From assembly GCA_964638225.1 (NCBI GenBank), contig CAZWYL010000003.1, forward strand, positions 1 through 46,286: 46,286 bases of DNA, given 5' to 3'. The translations under genes and the position numbers were made by a program. Position 1 is the first letter of the stretch. Each line of letters starts with the position of its first letter. Of this stretch, positions 1 through 9,563 are shown one piece after another. The stretch comes from an uncultured Candidatus Saccharibacteria bacterium. Its GTDB lineage: Bacteria > Patescibacteriota > WWE3 > UBA101185 > UBA10185. Under the pieces are notes generated by a model. It searched no databases. It was not told where the DNA came from and worked only from the letters and a program-made list of their open reading frames with translations.

Positions 1-71
1 ATACTGTTACTGTGAGGGATCGAGATACTATGGAGCAGGATCGGATGCATTACGAGGAAATAACATTCTAG
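1..71 (+). CDS. 3-prime end of a class II aminoacyl-tRNA synthetase (most like glycine--tRNA ligase), partial at window edge
   Basis: Frame 3 reads TVTVRDRDTMEQDRMHYEEITF then TAG at 69-71. The VTVRDRDTMEQ string resembles the end of the HGTP anticodon-binding domain. The fragment is too short to name the synthetase firmly. Confidence 0.4.
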   Translation, partial: TVTVRDRDTMEQDRMHYEEITF

Positions 72-204
72 CTAGATCTTATATTTTTATACAGATTCAC
101 TGAAGTTATTTTGATTTACTTATTCCCTTAATTCTTTTTCTCTAAACTAAAATTCACTGTATTAATAGAGTATCCTTTTTGTTTCGGGTTATTTTTGTGT
201 TGAC

Positions 205-256
205 ATTGGATATTTTATGGTGGAGTATAGATATAAATTGGTGAACAATGGTGAAA
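205..256 (+). promoter_or_regulatory. Candidate MraZ operator: phased TGGTG/TTGGA direct repeats upstream of mraZ
   Basis: ATGGTGGAG (217-225), TTGGTGAAC (238-246) and ATGGTGAAA (248-256), plus TTGGA (206-210). The centres are about 10-11 or 21 bp apart. A TTGACA -35-like hexamer lies at 200-205. Confidence 0.35.
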
Positions 257-257
257 T

Positions 258-671
258 ATGAAAATGTTTCTTGGGAAATATAGCCCAAATATAACAAGCG
301 GAAATAGAATAGCCCTGCCCAAGAAGCACCGTGAACAAATCACGGAGGATGCCGTGGTTTTGTCTAAGGGTTTTGAAAAATGTATCTTAGTTTACGATTT
401 GTCCGATTGGAGTGAAAGAGTAGAGAGGCAGGTTGACAATTTAGCCGAAGAAGGAGTTAAAAGGAGTGATTTAGAGAGATATCTTTATACATCAGCAGCG
501 GAGGCTTCTATCGACTCTCAAGGGAGAGTGGTTATTCCTTCTGATTTAAAGGAATATGCTGATATTGATGGGGAGACAGCAGTTATAGGAGTTGGAGATC
601 ATGTTGAAATTTGGGATGCGGAAGTTTGGAAAGAGCACCTTAAAAATATATCGGAAAAAATGCCGGAATAA
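258..671 (+). CDS. mraZ: Transcriptional regulator MraZ
   Basis: The MFLGKY N-terminus and a duplicated SpoVT/AbrB-like layout (two xxRxxIP-type segments) are present. It is the first gene of the mraZ-rsmH-ftsL-ftsI order. The real start is probably ATG 264 (MFLGKY), 9 nt after GGTGA. Confidence 0.9.
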   Translation: MKMFLGKYSPNITSGNRIALPKKHREQITEDAVVLSKGFEKCILVYDLSDWSERVERQVDNLAEEGVKRSDLERYLYTSAAEASIDSQGRVVIPSDLKEYADIDGETAVIGVGDHVEIWDAEVWKEHLKNISEKMPE

Positions 672-674
672 GCT

Positions 675-1553
675 ATGGAATTTCACACACCGGTTTTGAA
701 AGCGGAGGTAATTAAATATTTACAGCCCGCACCGGGAAAGAAATTTATTGACGCTACTTTGGGCGATGGAGGACATGCGATAGAACTTCTAAATGCAGGT
801 TCAGAAGTTTTGGGAATTGACTATTATCGAGGTTCTGTAGATAGAGCAAAAGAAAGAATAAAATCTCTTGGATTAGACAGTAAGTTTCAAGGTAGAAGAG
901 GAAATTTTAAGCACATTGAAAAAATAGCTCAGGAAGCAGGTTTTGGAAAAGTGGATGGAATACTTTTTGATTTAGGTTTTTCGTCTACGCAACTGGAGGA
1001 TGAGATAGGTTTAAGCTTTCAAAATGATGCTCCCTTAGATATGCGTCTAGACAAAGATTTGGGAGTTACAGCAGCAGATTTACTTAACGCATTACCGGAA
1101 AGTCAACTCGTACGTATATTTAAAGAATATTCGGATGAGAAATATGCAAAAAGATTTGCTGGCGAAATAGTTGAACATCGTAAGCTGGAGAAGCTGCAGA
1201 CAACAAAGCAATTAGCTGAATTGCTAAGTTCTGCTGCTCCTCCAGGCTATGAACGCGGGAGAATACATCCTGCAACCAGAGTTTTTCAGGCTCTAAGAAT
1301 AGCCGTAAACGACGAAATTGAAAATTTGAAGTTTGCACTGCCTCGGGCTGCACATTTATTACTGCCTGGCGGAAGAATGGTAATAATTAGTTTCCATTCT
1401 CTCGAAGATAAAGTGGCCAAAAATTTTGGCCATTCTGTGCAGCCTGATCTAAAAGAATTAACTAAGAAACCTATTGTGCCAACAGAGAAGGAAGTAGAAA
1501 GAAATATTAGATCTAGGAGTGCAAAGATGAGAATTTATGAAAAGAATGAATAA
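675..1553 (+). CDS. rsmH: 16S rRNA (cytosine1402-N4)-methyltransferase RsmH/MraW
   Basis: HTPVL, DATLGDGGH, FDLGFSS, PLDMRLD and SFHSLEDK motifs, and its position after mraZ. Confidence 0.93.
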   Translation: MEFHTPVLKAEVIKYLQPAPGKKFIDATLGDGGHAIELLNAGSEVLGIDYYRGSVDRAKERIKSLGLDSKFQGRRGNFKHIEKIAQEAGFGKVDGILFDLGFSSTQLEDEIGLSFQNDAPLDMRLDKDLGVTAADLLNALPESQLVRIFKEYSDEKYAKRFAGEIVEHRKLEKLQTTKQLAELLSSAAPPGYERGRIHPATRVFQALRIAVNDEIENLKFALPRAAHLLLPGGRMVIISFHSLEDKVAKNFGHSVQPDLKELTKKPIVPTEKEVERNIRSRSAKMRIYEKNE

Positions 1554-1866
1554 ATTTAGGCTGAAAAAAACAGAAAAAAACCTTTTTAAAATTTTGTTTA
1601 AGGTATCTCTTGTTGTGTTTTGTGTTTGTCTTGGTTTGCAGTTTTATTTTAGCAACAAATACGCTGTAAAAAATGGTTCATTGCAGGTCGCTATAGAGGA
1701 ACAGGCTGTATTGAAAAAGGAGCTGGCTCATCTTAAATATGAAGATTCTTTACTTTCTTCTTTAGAGTATGTTGAGAGTGAAGCTGAGGAATTGGGATTT
1801 GTAGGGATGGAGCAGAACTTACTTACCGTAGGACCTGTTACTGTCGCCTCATTATCAAATCGTTAA
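1537..1866 (+). CDS. FtsL/DivIC-like small bitopic division protein
   Basis: 109 aa with a basic N-terminus, one TM helix and a short coiled-coil-like tail. It sits in the conserved slot between rsmH and ftsI and overlaps the rsmH end by 17 nt. Confidence 0.55.
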   Translation: MKRMNKFRLKKTEKNLFKILFKVSLVVFCVCLGLQFYFSNKYAVKNGSLQVAIEEQAVLKKELAHLKYEDSLLSSLEYVESEAEELGFVGMEQNLLTVGPVTVASLSNR

Positions 1867-1878
1867 ATTTACATCCCC

Positions 1879-3597
1879 GTGGCAAGAAGAACTCATCTAA
1901 AAAACCACCAAATTCGGATAAAACTTTTGATTTATGGTTTTTCCCTCGCTGTATTTGTTTTGATTTTAAAACTTTTCCATATTCAAGTTTACTCGCACGA
2001 AAAATATAAAAGTCTGGCAGAGGAGCAGCATTGGATTGTCCAGGAGTTAACGGCTGAGAGGGGCAGGATTTATTCTAAAGATGGCTTTGTTTTAGCATCA
2101 AACCAGAATTACTATCTTTTGTATGCAGAACCCAAAAGAATAGAAAATAAATTGGAGTTGGCAGAGAAGCTGGCAAAACTTTTAAGTGAGAGAGAATATG
2201 GTAGTTACGAGGAGTTATATACCAAGTATTTTGATCTCCTGGACTGTGATCTGTGGTGGATTGGTTTGGAAAGGAATATTGATCCTGCAACCAAGGAATT
2301 TATAGAAGCGTTGGCTCTGGAAGGTGTGGGTTTTGAGCTATCGCCAATACGGTATTATCCGGAGGGGGAGTTAGCTTCTCACATAATGGGTTTTGTTGCA
2401 TTTAATGATGAAGGCGAGAGAGTTGGTTATTTTGGAATAGAGGGAAGTTTGGATGGTGATCTGCGGGGCAAAAAGGGCAAAATAATTCAGGAGAAAGACG
2501 CAGAAGGAAACCCGATTTTAGTTGGCGGCTATGAAAAAACTGATCCAATTAAGGGCCGCGATATAATTTTGACCATAGAAAGATCGCCTCAGTATATTGT
2601 AGAGCGTAAATTAGAAGAAGCAGTTGAGAAGTATGGTGCTTCATCAGGAAGTGTAGTTGTAATGAATCCTTTTACTTCCGAGATCATTGCTATGGCGAAT
2701 TATCCAAAGTTTAACCCCGGGGAGTTGGAAGATGAATCCCAAGCTAAAAATATTGCTATATCAGATACTTACGAGCCCGGATCCGTTTTAAAAGGATTTA
2801 CTATTTCTGCTGGCATAGATGTTGGAAAAATAACACCTTCTAGTACTTTTGTTGATTCAGGTCCTGTTCAGTATTCTGATTACACTATAGACAATTGGGA
2901 TGGTAAGCATCACGGGGTTCAAACAATTGCCCAGCTGCTGCAAAAGTCAAATAACATTGGCGCAGCGTGGGTGGGTCATCAAGTAGGATCTAAGGATATT
3001 CATAAATATTTTAGCAACTTTGGTTTGGGTCAAAAAACAGGGATAAGCCTTGAAGGAGAAGATACTGGTGTGATACGCAATCCTTCTACTTGGACCGCCA
3101 TTGATTTGGCGACGATTTCATTTGGTCAAGGTATATCTGCAACCCCCCTGCAAGTTTTAAACGGTTTTAACGCTATAGCTAACGGAGGTGTACTAAATCG
3201 CCCTAGGATTATTTCTCAAATTGTTACTGGAGATGAGATCATTGATATGGAAACAAAGGAGGTCCGAAGAGTTATTTCTAAGGAGACTTCTCGAACCATG
3301 GTGGATCTACTAACCTCTGCAGTGGAACAGGGGGAGTCCCGCTACTTTAATATTGAAGGTTACAAGGTTGCAGGAAAAACAGGAACTGCTGAAATACCAA
3401 AAGAAGGTTCGTATGATACGTCTGAAACTAATGCCACTTTTGTAGGATTTCTTTCTGAGAGCAAGAAATTTTCTATGCTAGTTAGGTTGGAAAGGCCAGT
3501 CTCCAGCCGATACGCTTCTGAAACCGCCGTGCCTTTGTGGATGGATTTAGCCCAGGATTTGGCAACTTATTATTCAATCCCTCCCGATGATCTGTAG
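1879..3597 (+). CDS. ftsI: Class B penicillin-binding protein (FtsI-type transpeptidase)
   Basis: N-terminal TM helix, PBP dimerisation region, and SVLK (SxxK), SNN and KTGTA motifs. GTG start. dcw position. Confidence 0.9.
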   Translation: MARRTHLKNHQIRIKLLIYGFSLAVFVLILKLFHIQVYSHEKYKSLAEEQHWIVQELTAERGRIYSKDGFVLASNQNYYLLYAEPKRIENKLELAEKLAKLLSEREYGSYEELYTKYFDLLDCDLWWIGLERNIDPATKEFIEALALEGVGFELSPIRYYPEGELASHIMGFVAFNDEGERVGYFGIEGSLDGDLRGKKGKIIQEKDAEGNPILVGGYEKTDPIKGRDIILTIERSPQYIVERKLEEAVEKYGASSGSVVVMNPFTSEIIAMANYPKFNPGELEDESQAKNIAISDTYEPGSVLKGFTISAGIDVGKITPSSTFVDSGPVQYSDYTIDNWDGKHHGVQTIAQLLQKSNNIGAAWVGHQVGSKDIHKYFSNFGLGQKTGISLEGEDTGVIRNPSTWTAIDLATISFGQGISATPLQVLNGFNAIANGGVLNRPRIISQIVTGDEIIDMETKEVRRVISKETSRTMVDLLTSAVEQGESRYFNIEGYKVAGKTGTAEIPKEGSYDTSETNATFVGFLSESKKFSMLVRLERPVSSRYASETAVPLWMDLAQDLATYYSIPPDDL

Positions 3598-3730
3598 CTC
3601 TTTAATTTTTGATTTCTATTTAAACTAGAGCTTTGATTGTTGCTTTTAGGGGTTACTCTGTTAATTTAAATTCATAGGCAAAAAATCTTTAATAAAAGGT
3701 GAGAAAGCAGAAAAGATTGCAGGGGAATTT

Positions 3731-4039
3731 TTGGAGAAGAGTGGATTTAAAATTCTTGATTTTAACTGGAGATGTAGGTGGGGTGAGATTGATATTATTG
3801 CTCGCAAGGAATCGATGCTGGTTTTCTTTGAAGTTAAATATAGAAAGGAAGCAAGATTTGGTTATCCTATTCAATTTATTTCCCCAAGGAAAATTCAGAA
3901 ACTTCGGAGGGCTATAAAAATGTATCTTTTAATGCGTACCCAATCCGATGAACTTTGGAGGTTAGACGGGATATGTATTTTAGGCTTTAGTGGGAATTTA
4001 AAGTTGAAGCACTACAAAAATTTACTAGCTGACTGTTGA
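3731..4039 (+). CDS. yraN: YraN/UPF0102 family endonuclease-like protein
   Basis: The family core GEIDIIA...VFFEVKYR is present. Family-like sequence (KGEKAEKIAGEFLEKSG) continues in frame upstream of the TTG at 3731; see the findings. Confidence 0.8.
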   Translation: MEKSGFKILDFNWRCRWGEIDIIARKESMLVFFEVKYRKEARFGYPIQFISPRKIQKLRRAIKMYLLMRTQSDELWRLDGICILGFSGNLKLKHYKNLLADC

Positions 4040-4079
4040 GCTGTCTAATGTTATATTCTAGCGCTTGAACCGAAGTGAT

Positions 4080-5126
4080 TTATTCTACTGATTCTAATTC
4101 TGCAGACACGCTCTCTGAAGGGAAAAGCATTTTCTTAATGTCATTATGAAGAGTTTGGAAACCCTTTTCTCGAGGGATAAAAACCCACGCGTGATAAGAG
4201 CTGTTAGGATAAACCCCAGGATGATAAACATATTTTTCATCCACTACAAAGGAGATTATTTCATATTCGTCTCGATCCTTGTAAAAGTCCCACAAGTATT
4301 TAACATCTGTAATTGTTAAAGTAGTATGCATTCGTTGGGTTACAGCTTCAAAGAATTTAGGTATATCCATGGGCCAGAAAGTACTGTTTGGCTGGCTTAT
4401 TCCATCTACCATGCCCATTAAAATCAAATGCTGCCTCTTTGCGCGCATAAGATCACTACCTTCGCCATTAGTTCCTTTACGGGAACGTGCGAAATCCAGT
4501 GCGCGGCTTCCATTCATTATTTCGTGTCCTGCCTCAAAATTAACAGGCCTCAGTCCGGTATCTGTGTCGTTGGGGAAATGAACGTCTGTAAAGCTTCTTT
4601 CTATATCTACAGGAACTCCACCAAATGAATCTACTATCCACCGGAAATCTTCAAAATCGCACCTAATATAGCCATCTAAATCTAGACCTGTTACTTCTTC
4701 AAAGGCATCTATTAATAGATCTTCTCCACCTACAGAATACAAAGCGTTTAATTTATTTCCATTAATCCAAAGGTCCCTAGGCACGGATGTTAATAGAACA
4801 ACGTTTTCCTCCGGATTTGCACTCAGCAGAACCATTGTGTCGGTATTGTAAGCTTTTTCTTGTTTACTTCTTCGATCTACTCCCAGCAGTAATATGTTAA
4901 TTAAATCTTTTTTAGCTAGATTTGATTTTTCTGCCGGCTCTTTGTTTTTCACTGTTTCACCTTTTATGTCACTTAAAGAAGTTTTTTTCTTTTGGTTAGG
5001 TTTTGATTTTGTATTTTGTATTGCAAGGAAACTGCCACTTACAATTGCGCAGACCATAACAATAAATAACATCAATTTTTGTTTACTCATGTTACTAAGG
5101 ATATTGGTGTTTACTTTTAGAGTCAA
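4080..5126 (-). CDS. LytR-CpsA-Psr (LCP) family cell-envelope phosphotransferase
   Basis: N-terminal signal anchor followed by LLLGVDRR...NTDTMVLLS...SVPRDL...R.R motifs typical of LCP. ATG at 5090 (MSKQKL...) is an alternative start to TTG 5126. Confidence 0.85.
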   Translation of the reverse strand: MTLKVNTNILSNMSKQKLMLFIVMVCAIVSGSFLAIQNTKSKPNQKKKTSLSDIKGETVKNKEPAEKSNLAKKDLINILLLGVDRRSKQEKAYNTDTMVLLSANPEENVVLLTSVPRDLWINGNKLNALYSVGGEDLLIDAFEEVTGLDLDGYIRCDFEDFRWIVDSFGGVPVDIERSFTDVHFPNDTDTGLRPVNFEAGHEIMNGSRALDFARSRKGTNGEGSDLMRAKRQHLILMGMVDGISQPNSTFWPMDIPKFFEAVTQRMHTTLTITDVKYLWDFYKDRDEYEIISFVVDEKYVYHPGVYPNSSYHAWVFIPREKGFQTLHNDIKKMLFPSESVSAELESVE

Positions 5127-5132
5127 ATTGCA

Positions 5133-5138
5133 TATTAT
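5133..5138 (+). promoter_or_regulatory. -10-like TATTAT, 8 nt upstream of the receiver-gene ATG 5147
   Basis: The sequence reads gcaTATTATtgatctatATG with no Shine-Dalgarno. Confidence 0.3.
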
Positions 5139-5545
5139 TGATCTATATGAAAAAGGTACTAATAATAGAAGACGACTTATCTATTTATAAAGTTTATTCT
5201 GCGGAATTGAAGCTCCGCGGGTATGAGGTAGAGCATGAGGCTAACGGTATGAAAGCAATGAATGTCATTGAAGAATTTCAGCCGGATCTGATTCTGCTCG
5301 ATATTATTCTCCCAGAAAGAAATGGTCTGGAAGTATTGGAAGACATTACCAGTAGAGAGGATTTAAAGGATATAAAGGTTTTGATGGTAACAAACTATGG
5401 TAATGATGCCAATGTTAAAAAGGCTTTGGAACTGGGTGCCGAAGATTATGTTTTAAAGTACAACGTTGTCCCTTCAGAGCTTTCGGAAAAAGTCTCCCAA
5501 ATATTAGGTGAGGAAACTGATTCTCCGGTCAAAATAACCAGCTAA
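5138..5545 (+). CDS. Stand-alone response regulator receiver (CheY-like, no output domain)
   Basis: KVLIIEDD, LILLDIILP (phospho-acceptor Asp), T and K signature positions. Likely start is ATG 5147 (MKKVLII). Confidence 0.85.
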   Translation: MIYMKKVLIIEDDLSIYKVYSAELKLRGYEVEHEANGMKAMNVIEEFQPDLILLDIILPERNGLEVLEDITSREDLKDIKVLMVTNYGNDANVKKALELGAEDYVLKYNVVPSELSEKVSQILGEETDSPVKITS

Positions 5546-5554
5546 ATTTTTAAA

Positions 5555-7213
5555 ATGGATCTGTGGTTAAAAATTTTATTAGTTATATTAGTACCTTTTA
5601 GTATTGTTGTTGTTAGGGCGGTATATAAATTATTAACCATGCATAAGGATCTTGAAGAGAAGGAAGAGCTGGTTCTTTCCAAGGAGTTTATTTGCGATCT
5701 CATTTTCAAACTAAATAAACAATATTCTGAGGAGCTCGATTTGAAGGAAAGCCTGGACTTTTTGGTGAGTCAATTGATAGACTCGGTTTCGATTACTTCT
5801 ATTTCTTTCTTGATCCCCGTGATGGAGAGAAGCACTGACTATGTGTTTAAGACACATGTTGTCTATGAAGTTTCTGAGAGGTTCGTTCAAAGTGATTTAG
5901 AGAGTCTAAGAGATTATGTTAAAAACAAGCTGAATTCTGAAATCACGAATATTGAAAGAAACATAGAAGGAGGACCTTTAAATTCCAGCAGTGAGGCACA
6001 TGCTCTATCTCGCTTAATCTTCCCTCTTGAGATTGGTGGTGTTAAAGGCGCTTTATGCATTAGTTCTCGGAAGGAAAACCATTTTTCGGATAGTTTAAAA
6101 TCGAGTTTTGAATACCTTGTCGACGCATTATCTGAGTCCTTAGGTATGATTTGGGAAGTTGCTCTTAGAGAACGCCGTAAATTCAAAGCTATGGTAGATA
6201 GTATGCGAGATGGGGTTTTCATGGTTGATGAAGAATACAATTTTTTGATTATAAATCCAGCTTTGCGAGAGTTTTTAGGACTTCATCCAAGTGGAGCATT
6301 GAACATTGTAAAGGTGTCTAGTTTCTTTGCCCCGTACTTTTCATTTGAAGATGTTATATCGGAAGTATTTATCATGGGTGAGGTTAAAAATATAGATATT
6401 CATGCCCAGTCTTCTGGTGATTCCGATTCATCAGACAAGTACTACAATTTTGTTGCAATACCAGTGAAGAGAGATAATGTCGTGGTGGGTGTGGTTTGTT
6501 TATTGGAAGATAGAACCCATGCTAAAGAGTTAGAGCAGTTACGGAGAGACTTCTCAGCTATGATTATTCACGAGTTAAGATCTCCCCTATCTGTTATAAG
6601 AGGTACTTCAGACTTTATATTAAAAGAAGATGCTAATTTGGAAGCATCTCAAAGACAGGAATTTCTTGAGCAAATTAAAGGTTCTTCTTCAACTCTTCTC
6701 TCTTTGGTTAACAATTTACTAGATTCGGCTAAAATAGAGAGCGGACAAATAGAGTTGTTTAAGCAGCCTACGGACGTCAATAATCTTGTAAAAAGTGCCG
6801 CTAAATTTTATGAGACATCTTTTTCTCAGAAAAACGTTTCTTTGAAGTTAGATCTTGCTTCCTCCATTCCTGAAATGGAAGTGGATCCGGAGAAAGTTCG
6901 GCAGGTTTTAGATAATTTGTTATCTAATGCGCTTAAATATACGCCGGAAGGTGGAGAGGTTACGGCAATTACTGATATCCACAAAGGTAACTTGAGAATT
7001 TATATAGAAGATACCGGCCGCGGTGTTAAAGACAATCTTAAAGAGGGTATCTTTGATAAATATAAACGTATGGAAGGTAGTAATTCATCTGAGAAAGGTA
7101 CTGGCCTTGGTCTCACAATTTCTAAAGGTATAGTAGAAGCACATGAAGGAAAAATTTGGGTTGAGGATAATAAGCCCCAAGGCTCTCGTTTTATTTTAGA
7201 ATTGCCTTTTTAA
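5555..7213 (+). CDS. Sensor histidine kinase (TM, sensory region, PAS, HisKA, HATPase_c)
   Basis: H-box HELRSPLSVI, N-box DNLLSNALKYT, G1 EDTGRGV and G2 GTGLGLTISK. A PAS-like MVDSMRDGVFMVD segment is also present. Confidence 0.9.
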   Translation: MDLWLKILLVILVPFSIVVVRAVYKLLTMHKDLEEKEELVLSKEFICDLIFKLNKQYSEELDLKESLDFLVSQLIDSVSITSISFLIPVMERSTDYVFKTHVVYEVSERFVQSDLESLRDYVKNKLNSEITNIERNIEGGPLNSSSEAHALSRLIFPLEIGGVKGALCISSRKENHFSDSLKSSFEYLVDALSESLGMIWEVALRERRKFKAMVDSMRDGVFMVDEEYNFLIINPALREFLGLHPSGALNIVKVSSFFAPYFSFEDVISEVFIMGEVKNIDIHAQSSGDSDSSDKYYNFVAIPVKRDNVVVGVVCLLEDRTHAKELEQLRRDFSAMIIHELRSPLSVIRGTSDFILKEDANLEASQRQEFLEQIKGSSSTLLSLVNNLLDSAKIESGQIELFKQPTDVNNLVKSAAKFYETSFSQKNVSLKLDLASSIPEMEVDPEKVRQVLDNLLSNALKYTPEGGEVTAITDIHKGNLRIYIEDTGRGVKDNLKEGIFDKYKRMEGSNSSEKGTGLGLTISKGIVEAHEGKIWVEDNKPQGSRFILELPF

Positions 7214-7274
7214 TTTCTGCTTTTCCAGGTTTTTTCATTGCACCTTCCGGATTTGTTCTATATACTTTAATTAT

Positions 7275-9563
7275 ATGAATAAAGAAACTGCCCACATTCT
7301 AAATTTTTCCGATATTAGAAAAGCTGACCTCCCCTATGTAGGTGGAAAGGGAGCCAATCTTGGTGAGATGTTTTCATCAGGCATTCCCGTACCTGACGGT
7401 TTTGTTGTTACCGCAAAAGCCTACTTTGACTTTCTAGACACAACTTCCTTACGACAAAAAATTTTGACCGAGCTTTCCGATCTTAATTTGGATGATTCCA
7501 ATGCGCTTACTCAAGCTTCAAACAATATAAAGACGGCTATTTTGGCTGCGAAAATGCCTAGTGACTTAAAAGAGAAGATTAAGGATGCGTATCATCATCT
7601 TTCTGGAGAACATAATGCTTTAGTTGCGGTTCGTTCCTCTGCTACTGCTGAGGACTTGCCCGACGCTTCCTTTGCTGGTCAGCAAGAGACTTATCTAAAT
7701 GTTGAGGGTACGGATTCAGTAATAAAAAGTGTACAAAAATGCTGGGCTTCTTTGTTTGAAGCTCGAGCTATTTTCTATCGTACTGAGAATGGATTCGATC
7801 ATCTTAAAGTTGGTATTGCGGTTCCTGTTCAGCGAATGGTTCAATCTGACATATCAGGGATTATGTTTACGGTAAATCCTTTGACAAACGACATGAGCGA
7901 AATTTCAATCGAAGCAGCTTACGGTTTAGGCCAGCCTATTGTCTCCGGTGAAGTAACTCCTGATCAATATATTGTGGATAAGGAATCAAATGAGATTAAG
8001 TCCAAGCATCTGTCTTTGCAGAAATGGCAATTAACAAAAGCAGGTAAAACACCCATTTCTAAAGCTCACCAGAAGGGACAAAAAATGGAGGATGAGGATA
8101 TTCGGGAGTTGGCAAAAATCGGAAAACATATAGAGGAGCATTACGGAAATCCCCAGGATATAGAGTGGGCTATGGAAAATGAAGAACTTTTGATAGTTCA
8201 ATCCCGTCCGGTAACTACTATGAATAGGAAAAAGGAAGAGATAATAACGATTGTTGATCCAGATCAAGCCTCAAGGTTTTTACTTGAAGGTTTAGGAGCA
8301 TCTCCAGGAGTGGCTTCGGGACCGGTTAAGGTTATAAAAGACGCTACAGAAATTTCTAAAGTTAAAAAAGGAGATGTCCTTGTTGCTGTAATGACGAACC
8401 CAGATTTTGTACCGGCAATGAAAAGAGCTTGTGCCATACTAACTGATGAAGGTGGTAGAACTTCACACGCTGCCATAGTCAGTAGAGAGTTAGGAATCCC
8501 CGCTATTGTAGGTTCTCAGTCTGCAACAAAGATGCTTCATGGGGGAGAAGTAATAACAGTAGACGGTTCGAGTGGAAAGGTTTATTCTGAGAATATAACT
8601 AAGCAAGAGAAGGTTGAAGTTGATGATATAGATTACGACAGCTTAAAAACTGCTACTAAAATCTATATGAACTTGGCAGAACCTGAACTAGCTTATGATA
8701 TGGCTCAGAAAAACGTGGATGGTGTAGGCCTCCTGCGAGCAGAATTTATGATTGCGCAAATAGGTGAGCATCCACGTATGTTTATTAAGGAAGGCAAGCA
8801 ACAGGAATTTATTGATACACTTGCGGATGATCTTGCTGTTTTTGCCGAAGCTTTTGATCCTCATCCAGTTGTTTATAGATTTACAGACTTTAGGACCAAT
8901 GAGTATGCAAATCTAGAGGGAGGTCAAGAGTTTGAAAGAGAAGAGCCAAATCCAATGATTGGTTTTAGAGGAGTTAGCAGGTATTTAGAGGATGACGATG
9001 TTTTTGAATTAGAGCTTGAGGCTATTAAGAAGGTCCGTAACAAAATGGGTCATAAAAATTTGTGGGTAATGTATCCGTTTGTGAGGACTGTAGAACAGCT
9101 GAAAGAAGTAAAGAAGATTACTGCAGCCAACGGTCTCCGCCGCAGCGCCAACTTTCAAATATGGATGATGGTTGAGATACCTTCTAATGTTATCTTATTG
9201 GATGATTTTATAGATGTTGGTATTGATGGAGTTTCGGTTGGAACCAATGACTTAACCATGCTCACTTTGGGAGTTGATAGAGATAATGAAAGAGTTGCGG
9301 AAGTTTATAGTGAGATGAATCCAGCTGTATTAAAGAGCTTGGAGAAAATTGTAACTACGTGTAAAAATAGAGAGATAACCTGTTCCATTTGCGGTCAAGC
9401 CCCCTCGGTTTATCCTGAGTTAGTAAAAATGCTCACTCGTTGGGGTATTACTTCAATTTCTGTCAGTCCAGATGTTTTGGATAAGACTCGCAAGATTGTC
9501 TATGATGCTGAAGCAGAATTGTTGAAGGAAAAACATAAAGAAAATTCCAAAAAGGAAAACTGA
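7275..9563 (+). CDS. ppsA: Phosphoenolpyruvate synthase (pyruvate, water dikinase)
   Basis: YVGGKGANLGEM ATP-grasp N-terminus, the phosphohistidine motif GGRTSHAAIVSRELGIP, and a C-terminal PEP-utilising TIM barrel. Confidence 0.92.
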   Translation: MNKETAHILNFSDIRKADLPYVGGKGANLGEMFSSGIPVPDGFVVTAKAYFDFLDTTSLRQKILTELSDLNLDDSNALTQASNNIKTAILAAKMPSDLKEKIKDAYHHLSGEHNALVAVRSSATAEDLPDASFAGQQETYLNVEGTDSVIKSVQKCWASLFEARAIFYRTENGFDHLKVGIAVPVQRMVQSDISGIMFTVNPLTNDMSEISIEAAYGLGQPIVSGEVTPDQYIVDKESNEIKSKHLSLQKWQLTKAGKTPISKAHQKGQKMEDEDIRELAKIGKHIEEHYGNPQDIEWAMENEELLIVQSRPVTTMNRKKEEIITIVDPDQASRFLLEGLGASPGVASGPVKVIKDATEISKVKKGDVLVAVMTNPDFVPAMKRACAILTDEGGRTSHAAIVSRELGIPAIVGSQSATKMLHGGEVITVDGSSGKVYSENITKQEKVEVDDIDYDSLKTATKIYMNLAEPELAYDMAQKNVDGVGLLRAEFMIAQIGEHPRMFIKEGKQQEFIDTLADDLAVFAEAFDPHPVVYRFTDFRTNEYANLEGGQEFEREEPNPMIGFRGVSRYLEDDDVFELELEAIKKVRNKMGHKNLWVMYPFVRTVEQLKEVKKITAANGLRRSANFQIWMMVEIPSNVILLDDFIDVGIDGVSVGTNDLTMLTLGVDRDNERVAEVYSEMNPAVLKSLEKIVTTCKNREITCSICGQAPSVYPELVKMLTRWGITSISVSPDVLDKTRKIVYDAEAELLKEKHKENSKKEN

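Noticed and set aside
3689-3917. Two overlapping ORFs (3689-3874 on the minus strand, 3699-3917 on the plus strand) across the yraN start.
   Set aside because: They overlap the yraN frame, which carries the GEIDIIA/FFEVKYR family core, and they have no motifs of their own.
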